From the NCBI GenBank assembly GCA_000751295.2, contig CCMO02000002.1, positions 1,187,806-1,219,805 on the forward strand: a stretch of 32,000 nucleotides of DNA, written 5' to 3'. Source of the stretch: a bacterium YEK0313 (GTDB lineage Bacteria > Pseudomonadota > Alphaproteobacteria > Rhizobiales > Phreatobacteraceae). The translations under genes and the position numbers were made by a program. Below are positions 31,829-32,000 of this stretch, piece after piece; position 1 is the first letter of the stretch; each line of letters starts with the position of its first letter. The notes under the pieces are model-generated. The model was not told the DNA's origin. It made no database searches and was given only the letters and a program-made list of their open reading frames with translations.

Positions 31829-31879
31829 CCGTGGCGTTCGTTGAGGCCGCCGGCGAACGGCGGCGAACGAAGGCCACGG
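31829..31879 (-). promoter_or_regulatory. Long imperfect hairpin immediately upstream of the HTH gene, abutting its RBS
   Basis: The arm CCGTGGC-G-TTCGTT-GAG-GCCGCC, a GGCGAAC loop, and the arm GGCGGC-G-AACGAA-G-GCCACGG give 19 paired positions in three blocks. On the minus strand the last GG of the stem forms part of the GGAGG RBS. Confidence 0.4.
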
Positions 31880-31953
31880 TGGCGGAGAGCTGCCGGCTGG
31901 GGGGATGGTGAAGATAGGGGATGCTATTTCGCACCCCCCTGATACCTGCTCCG

Positions 31954-32000
31954 TCAGCGCCGGCGGCGCCGACGCAGCAGGTCGCGATAGCCGCCATTCA
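31954..32000 (-). CDS. 3' end of an unidentified minus-strand gene that starts beyond the window end
   Basis: The reverse complement reads ...NGGYRDLLRRRRRR followed by TGA (31954-31956). It is too short to identify. It is inferred only from the open frame at the window edge and the usual gene density of the ICE backbone. Confidence 0.25.
   Translation of the reverse strand, partial: NGGYRDLLRRRRRR

Larger units (their letters stand above)
11881..32000 (-). mobile_element. ICE (Tn4371-like / Trb P-type) conjugation and maintenance backbone, internal portion; it extends past the window end, and the 1-11.9 kb cargo probably belongs to the same element
   Basis: Collinear minus-strand set: HTH-repA-parA-RHH-DUF2840-traF(S26)-DUF736-SLT-relaxase-traG-copG-[insert]-trbBCDEJ(K)LFGI-DUF2274. 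Start/stop overlaps are typical of coupled operons (trbB/C, trbC/D, trbE/J, trbL/F, trbF/G, trbG/I). No integrase or att site lies in the window. Confidence 0.85.

Noticed and set aside
1-32000. Search for tRNA, rRNA, integrase/recombinase, transposase/IS ends, toxin-antitoxin pairs, restriction-modification systems or known phage-defence genes
   Set aside because: None was recognised by eye in any frame. The absence of short RNA genes cannot be proven without covariance-model tools such as tRNAscan-SE or Infernal.

Overview
High-GC window (alphaproteobacterium-like by eye) that appears to lie entirely inside an integrative conjugative element (ICE) of the Tn4371 / Trb (P-type) kind. No integrase, att site, IS element, tRNA, rRNA or CRISPR array was recognised. 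From about 11.9 to 32 kb, almost all on the minus strand, is a complete-looking transfer and maintenance backbone: HTH, RepA, ParA, RHH, DUF2840, S26 peptidase TraF, DUF736, lytic transglycosylase, relaxase (DUF3363 type), TraG coupling protein, CopG, then TrbB-C-D-E-J-(K-alt)-L-F-G-I and DUF2274, followed by a LysR regulator. A 1.35-kb accessory insert (a DUF5710-tailed protein plus a SnoaL/NTF2-like protein) separates copG from trbB. From 1 to 10.4 kb, all on the plus strand, is cargo controlled by two near-identical MerR-type promoters (19-bp spacer with a CTGTAG-N3-CTACAG dyad). Promoter 1 faces a divergent, window-truncated MerR gene and heads seven genes: two tandem PaaK/F390-synthetase-like adenylate-forming enzymes (the first lacks about 63 core codons), a 63-aa membrane microprotein, a CDF transporter without a cytoplasmic tail, a CYP152 fatty-acid peroxygenase P450, a MAPEG protein and a DUF4336 protein. 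Promoter 2 heads a P1B-2 (Zn/Cd/Pb-type) ATPase with four tandem degenerate HMA domains (C-x-x-E instead of C-x-x-C), followed by signal peptidase II. The best candidate for an undescribed system is this metal-gated operon, which joins acyl-adenylation and lipid-oxidation enzymes to metal efflux. All family assignments come from reading the translated ORFs and from memory; no searches were run.
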